Positions 52,912-64,000 of a stretch of 64,000 nucleotides of DNA are shown piece after piece. The position numbers were made by a program, and so were the translations under genes. The notes under the pieces are model-generated. The model did not search any database. It was not told the origin of the DNA and was given only the letters and a program-made list of their open reading frames with translations. Origin of the DNA: Macrostomum hystrix. Taxonomy: Eukaryota; Animalia; Platyhelminthes. The DNA is taken from the NCBI GenBank assembly GCA_950097015.1, contig CATNEN010000029.1, forward strand, positions 4,960,001 through 5,024,000, given 5' to 3'. The number at the start of each line of letters is the position of its first letter. Position 1 is the stretch's first letter.

Positions 52912-53024
52912 GAGTGGGGTGCCTGCTAGCGGGACAAGATTTTAATTGGGGTGTGTGACAGGGAATTCCCAAACCCACCCCAAGTGGACAATTAGTCATG
53001 CTGATGACTTATCTCTCAAAAAGC

Positions 53025-53232
53025 CCCTACATTTAGGCCTCATGAAATACATTGCCGATGTAAACTTTTCCCAATGCAAACTAAAAATATATATGCATTG
53101 ATGCATATAATAGTTAGTGTTGGGAAAAGTTTATGTCGGCAAGGCATTTTTATATGCATTGATACATATAATAGTTAGTGCTGGGAAAAGTTTACATTGG
53201 CAATTTATTTCATATGAGGCCTAAATGTAGGG
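53025..53232. mobile_element. Foldback/MITE-like element with long terminal inverted repeats
   Basis: Perfect 19-bp IR CCCTACATTTAGGCCTCAT / ATGAGGCCTAAATGTAGGG, extending imperfectly to about 55 bp; internal direct duplication of about 60 bp; no clear TSD. Confidence 0.7.
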
Positions 53233-54050
53233 GATTTTTCTAGGGGTTCTATAAAGCTCTAGTTAGTTTTATTGCAAAAATTTAAATTTAAATTAAAATT
53301 TTTATAACATAACAAAGCTTTATAACATAACCAAAATCTATATTTTATCTCATTTGATAAAATCAAACCAAAATAGTTATCATTATTTTACATTTGTATA
53401 TTGCTAACCAAACAGGAAAGTCTTTTTTGGATAGAATTTTTCTTTATCTCTCACTGGTATTTAGTAAGAAAAAAATCGAATTCAGTAATGTATATACTAT
53501 ACTATTTAGACAAAGCAGCTATATCTATATACTATAGATGCTACCTGTATAATAATTTAGTTTTTCTTATTATGATAATAAAAATAATATAATTTTTTTA
53601 CTCTAATAACTAGGATCATTTATTTTAACAAAAATAATTTAAAGGCAGCTTTTATTTTTTATTGACTGGACAGATAGCCGGGCACTCAGCATTATAATAA
53701 TTATTATTATAACATGCAAGATGAATCTATAACTTTATCAATAGACTGATAAACAAAACAAATCAAAAGTATATAATTGACTCTACAAATTCTGTACATT
53801 TGATTTTGCTCTCAGCCACTAAAAAAAGAATTGTTTATTAATAGTAATCTTAAGACTTTACATTTCATTAACCCTATTTACTATGCAAATATAGTTTGTT
53901 ATTTGTTCAGTCACTACACAAGTAACAAGAACCAAAGTTTTATATATTTGGTAAAATAACATTATTATTATAATTGATTGTCTAAGGGTTATAGAAAAAA
54001 GAAACATTGTCATTTTATATATATTCAAATACAATATATATTCTTATCAA

Positions 54051-54410
54051 GGGTTGGTGGCAGAGTAGTTATTGCGTTTTCCCTCTTGCACCATAGTCCC
54101 TAAGTTCAATTCCATGGTGAGGCCACATTTATTTGGGGTACAGCCACAGAGCGAAGGCTTGAGGGCTTGTTGTGCAATTTATGCCCTTAAGGACCAACCT
54201 CCAAGGCACAGTGAGAGTGTACACTGCCTGATGGTAAGAAAGTCAGGGCAGATGTACATACCTGTGTGAGCATATGCCTATGTACAGTATCTGTGTGCGC
54301 GTGTGCTCAGGAGTCAGCAAAATGGGCATAATTGCCCCCTCACTGGCTGCGGGTCTAGTGTCACTAAATGATGTGCCATTGCCCGCAGCCCTCCTGCAAT
54401 TATTATTATA
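54051..54410 (+). mobile_element. tRNA-derived SINE (second family), most complete copy
   Basis: A box TGGCAGAGTAG (54058-54068), B box AAGTTCAATTCC (54102-54113), 3' stem GGCTGCGGG/CCCGCAGCC (54345-54353, 54382-54390), (ATT)n tail. Confidence 0.85.
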
Positions 54411-54932
54411 TTTTTATTATATACAAAATGTTCCATTTTGCATAGAGAAGATAAAAGTATGGGAACTTTAAGAAAAAAGCTATTTTTACTTATTAGCTTC
54501 GTAGATAAATGGGCTTCAGCTCAGTTGTTGTCATTGTAGACAGCTATGAGTAATGTTATTGCTATTTGTGGTCATCATTAAAAATGTAGAAGCAAAGTAT
54601 TTTACAAGAGTTTAATATTTGTGACATAAGAAAATGGCAGATTTTATACAAATATGACATTCTATTGTAATGGTCATTTCTTTTCTATGAAAATAAAGAG
54701 GTATCATAGAATACTTTGCTAGTAATTAAATTATTAACTTCGTAAAAGATAATATGGAATTCTCTTTTTGATATGTTTCTAAAACAAATCAGTCTAATTT
54801 ATATTAAAAAAGAAAGTTGAGCATATCATAAATTATTTTTTGTTTGTATTTTTTGCTATACTCTTGAGCGTTTACTAAAGCATACAGAAATAAGGATATA
54901 TTAAAGTTATCAGTCAATAGCAACATGTCTAG

Positions 54933-60098
<5,166 letters not shown>

Positions 60099-61177
60099 AG
60101 TCCAAGTGGCGGTGCGTTCTTGTTGGACTTGCTTTGGTGTAACACAGACCAACTTATGCATACTAGTATTTGCTATATTATTATTATTAAACTAGGAAGG
60201 ACAAGCGCTTATTCAGGCACCTGATTGATAAAATAACTTATCTGTATACCTGATGACATTTCACACTTTTTTCAAACTGGTTTTCTGTGGAACAATCGAT
60301 AATTTAATATCCCTCTTAACTATATAAATGTACCTACTAAGTGTTCGTTTTATACCTCTAAACACAGGCTTGTTAGTAAGACTACTATTATCAGAGTGGG
60401 AGGCTGTCATCAATTATCAATTTAATTACCTGAACTAAACACTTTTAAACTTCTAGTTTTGATAAGCCCCAGAATTAAATGTAGACCACTGCCCAGTTTG
60501 TGTGCAATTTATTGTTTTCTCTATAGAAAAAACTCGAAATAAAATTTCGATGTTTTACAAGAAAAAAGCATCAATGGTTTTATTCCGTCTCCTATGCAGT
60601 TTTGCGTTTCTCGGCTCACTAAGATAACCAGTTTTTGTTTTCTAAATTGAACATTTTATTGTTTTGCAGAAAACTCTAATTGCAAATGCTAATTTTCTTC
60701 TCTTAGTGCACTTATTGACAGTCTCTTAGTTTTCCGTTTCTCAAACAAATATATCAAATCGAAAATCGTTCCTTTCTCTAATTCTAACTCTCCTACGTCT
60801 TCAGGCGCGCAAGTTTGTTTTAAAAAGGCGATAAAAACAAAGAACTGTAACAAACATATTTTTTTTGTATTTTTTGTACCGACAAAGGTCGTATAATATT
60901 TTAAGGAACTGCAACCGAACTAGTTAAACTGAATAAAACAATATTTACCATCAAAACAGATTTTCTTTTTAACAACATCGAAACGAGACTAGAGCTCAAT
61001 TTTTATCAGCGTTCAAAAAAAGACAAATATGCGCTGCTGATACTACTTACAATAAAAGTAGCGGCAAGTTGCGTTACAATTCAGAACACATGCGAAACAT
61101 TTTACACGGGAAACAAAGTTGCCATTGATACTACTGCTTTGGGTAGTATTACTTAAAAAATTGACTATGTAAAAACG

Positions 61178-63313
61178 TCAGGAAATTGCAGGATAAGCGG
61201 ACAAACGACGACAATCTGCGGTCATTGCCGAGTCGGACGGCGTTAGATGCTGCTGCATCGGTGGCAGCGCCGGCGGAGCATCGAAGCAGATACCCTCAAA
61301 CTGGGCAGTAGCAGCTGTGTCTGAGATGTGCTGGTGCTGTTGATTCAAACCACCTGCTTGCTGTTGGTAGGCAGGACCGTAGCTCCCAAGGGAGGGAAAT
61401 CCCCAAGCAAAAGGCTGCTCGTGCGGATGCTGAAACTGAGCTTGATGCTGTTGGTACACGTGGTGATGGTACTGCTGCTGCTGCTGCTGGTAATTAAAGC
61501 CAGGATAACCAGTTGCAGCGGCGGCTGCAGCTGCTGCCGCAGCGGCCGCCGCGGCAGCCGTCGCGCTGGACGCGGATGAATACGGCGGGCAGTCCGCGAC
61601 ACCGCCCAGATTGTCGACAACGTCGACGTTGCTGACGCCAATAAGATCCCCGTGACGGTGCGTACCGTGCTGGTGCTGCAGTTGGTGCTGATGGTACCAA
61701 GACTGATGCAGATTATGCTGTGGTGGACAATCGAGGCGATCGCCGACAACTTCCGGATAAGCCGAGTGAGCGTTGTTTGTCGTTGGCAGCGTTGCTAACT
61801 GCGCCGAGGCACTCGATGTTGAAGTCTCACCGCTGGGCCCCGTTGCTGCCGCAGCTGAGAGCGCGGACTTCGAGCCGGCCGGGTTGTGAACCTGCTGCTG
61901 GTGCTGCTGTCCGCCGGACTTGCGTCGGAAGCCTCTTGGTCGTCGACGATAGCTGCCCTCCTCGAACATGAACTCGGCCTGGTGATCTAGAGTCCAGTAG
62001 TGGCCCTTGCCTGGCCTGCCAATTCCTGCAGGATGTTAGCGGATGTAGACTTTCACTGCTGTCTTTACTCAATGGCGAATTGATGATAAATATGATCATA
62101 ATAGAAACATATCAGAAACAATCGATGTGGCTTGTCAAGGAAGATTCATAGTCGGCGTTAGCAGGCAATGACGCATCACTTGGCGACAATCAACCCGCCT
62201 GCGGCCAGTGGGTAGGCTATTCTGTCTATGCTACTCGTAGTTATGCCTATAGGAACACACTCATACAGGTGGATATACTGCTCAGGCTTCTCAGACTTAA
62301 GCCGTGTAACTATAGCTCAATGTGCCTTTGGCGGCTGGTCCTTGAGGGCGTAAATCGCGCAGCAAGCCCCCAAGCCTTAGCTCTCCGCAGCTGCGCCCCA
62401 AATGAATGCGGCCACGCCGCGGAATCGAGCTCAGAGACCTTGGTGTGATCTGCCAAGCTAAACTATTTATAGTTTAGGTGTCTTAAAATAGCAGAAGCTG
62501 AATCTTCATGATGGCAAATTTAAATTTCAGGGCCTAAGTTTTGCTAAGAAAAGTGCCCGCAGAAGCGCCGTGAATATCAGGCTCCGTGTCGCATAGCAAA
62601 ATGTGGCTGTCCGTTAAAAATCAGTAAGAGAAAACGGTAAAAGAGAAGACAATCATTCATTATAGATTGTCCTGGCTGAGGCAGCTGAATGTGAATTACT
62701 GTGTGACAGCGGCTGCAGAAGACTGATTAATAAAGCCGAGAGCGTTCAGCAAGGTGCAGTACCTTCGTGCCCCCCGTCGATTCGATGCAGACATTCGAGG
62801 CAGATTTTGTGGGAAAATCAGCCAGCAAAAGGCTTCCAGGACCGGACAAATCCTTCCAAGAAAAATGGGAGATTTCTTTTTCATCCGCACACCAAGAAAG
62901 CGGCCCCCGCTGCGACTAACTGCGGGCGGCATCGAAAACTTTCACAATCCCCCGGAGCCATTAGAAGATAAAGACGGCAAAACTCCGCTGGCAAAATAAA
63001 CTGAAAATCCCAGGAAGATTGGCGAAAAATACCAAAGATGGCAACCCTTTACTATGCTGTGCGCGATTAGCACACTCACCTTTGGGCAGCTTGATGAAGC
63101 ACTCGTTCAGGGACAGGTTGTGCCTCACCGAATTCTTCCAGCCCTGGTATTGGCCGCGGAAGAAGGCAAAATTCTCCTGCAGATATTGATAGATTTCGGC
63201 CAGTGTGCAGCGGCGAACTGGCGACGACTGGATGGCCATGACAATCAGGGCGATGTACGAGTAGGGCGGCTTCTCCGACCTCCGGCCTGCCCCTGCTGCT
63301 GCGGCTGCTGCTG
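61178..63313 (-). CDS. foxF: Forkhead box F transcription factor; exons about 63313-63080 and 62025-61178; 5' end unresolved, probably beyond the window
   Basis: [68 protein letters not shown]|[36 protein letters not shown] is the FoxF-class forkhead; phase-1 GTGAGT/CAG intron. Confidence 0.93.
62155..62450 (-). mobile_element. Diverged, 5'-truncated copy of the second tRNA-SINE family in the foxF intron
   Basis: 62318-62447 aligns with 40625-40750 at roughly 80% identity by eye (mostly transitions); weaker similarity continues toward the 3' stem region. Confidence 0.8.
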
Positions 63314-63321
63314 CTGCATAG

Positions 63322-64000
63322 TACAATAGTAGGAGTGTGAGAAATGGAATAGTAGGAGTGTGAGAAATGGAATAGTAGGAGTGTGAGAAATGGAATAGTA
63401 GGAGTGTGAGAAATGGAATAGTAGGAGTGTGAGAAATCGAATAGTAGGAGTGTGAGAAATGGAATAGTAGGAGTGTGAGAAATGGAATAGTAGGAGTGTG
63501 AGAAATGGAATAGTAGGAGTGTGAGAAATCGAATAGTAGGAGTGTGAGAAATGGAATAGTAGGAGTGTGAGAAATGGAATAGTAGGAGTGTGAGAAATGA
63601 AACATTGTAGAAATGAAATGGAATAGTAGAAGTGTGAGAAATGGAATAGTAGGAGTGTGAGAAATGGAATAGTAGGAGTGTGAGAAATGAAACATTGTAG
63701 AAATGAAATGGAATAGTAGAAGTGTGAGAAATGGAATAGTAGGAGTGTGAGAAATGGAATAGTAGGAGTGTGAGAAATGGAATAGTAGGAGTGTGAGAAA
63801 TGGAATAGTAGGAGTGTGAGAAATGGAATAGTAGGAGTGTGAGAAATGGAATAGTAGGAGTGTGAGAAATGGAATAGTAGGAGTGTGAGAAATGGAATAG
63901 TAGGAGTGTGAGAAATGGAATAGTAGGAGTGTGAGAAATGGAATAGTAGGAGTGTGAGAAATGGAATAGTAGGAGTGTGAGAAATGGAATAGTAGGAGTG
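63322..64000. repeat. 23-bp minisatellite (GTAGGAGTGTGAGAAATGGAATA)n running off the window end
   Basis: Abuts the foxF exon; explains the repetitive N-terminus of ORF 62961-63695. Confidence 0.97.

Noticed and set aside
54925-54927. ATG just upstream of the VCP homology as the start codon
   Set aside because: 38 nt from the GAA codon at 54963, so out of frame.

Overview
Eukaryotic (animal) genomic DNA, not prokaryotic. GC-rich, poly-Q/poly-A-rich exons are separated by AT-rich introns and intergenic DNA packed with locally private minisatellites; this style suggests a free-living flatworm such as Macrostomum (inference, not verified). Four spliced protein-coding genes were reconstructed by hand with GT-AG boundaries and consistent exon phases. 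gcm (minus, 4118-6104) carries a 1-nt frameshift inside the GCM domain. RB1CC1/FIP200/Atg11 (minus, 32413-45373) has 12 coding exons and 1398 aa. VCP/p97/CDC48 (plus, about 54959-60098) has no in-frame start codon at its first visible exon. foxF (minus, 61178 to about 63313) has its 5' end unresolved. Mobile DNA: a very young full-length Ty3/Gypsy LTR retrotransposon (7873-12495; identical 155-bp LTRs, 5-bp TSD, one in-frame TGA in pol), two tRNA-derived SINE families (one CORE-like copy with a TSD, and four copies of a second family), an 8-bp-TSD MITE and a foldback MITE. About 25 tandem arrays (units up to 50 bp) explain nearly all long ORFs outside the genes. Leads: a GCM-site cluster upstream of gcm, a possible spliced-leader-donated AUG for VCP, intronic arrays that multiply branch-point/acceptor signals, and a duplicated hairpin with a compensatory base-pair change.
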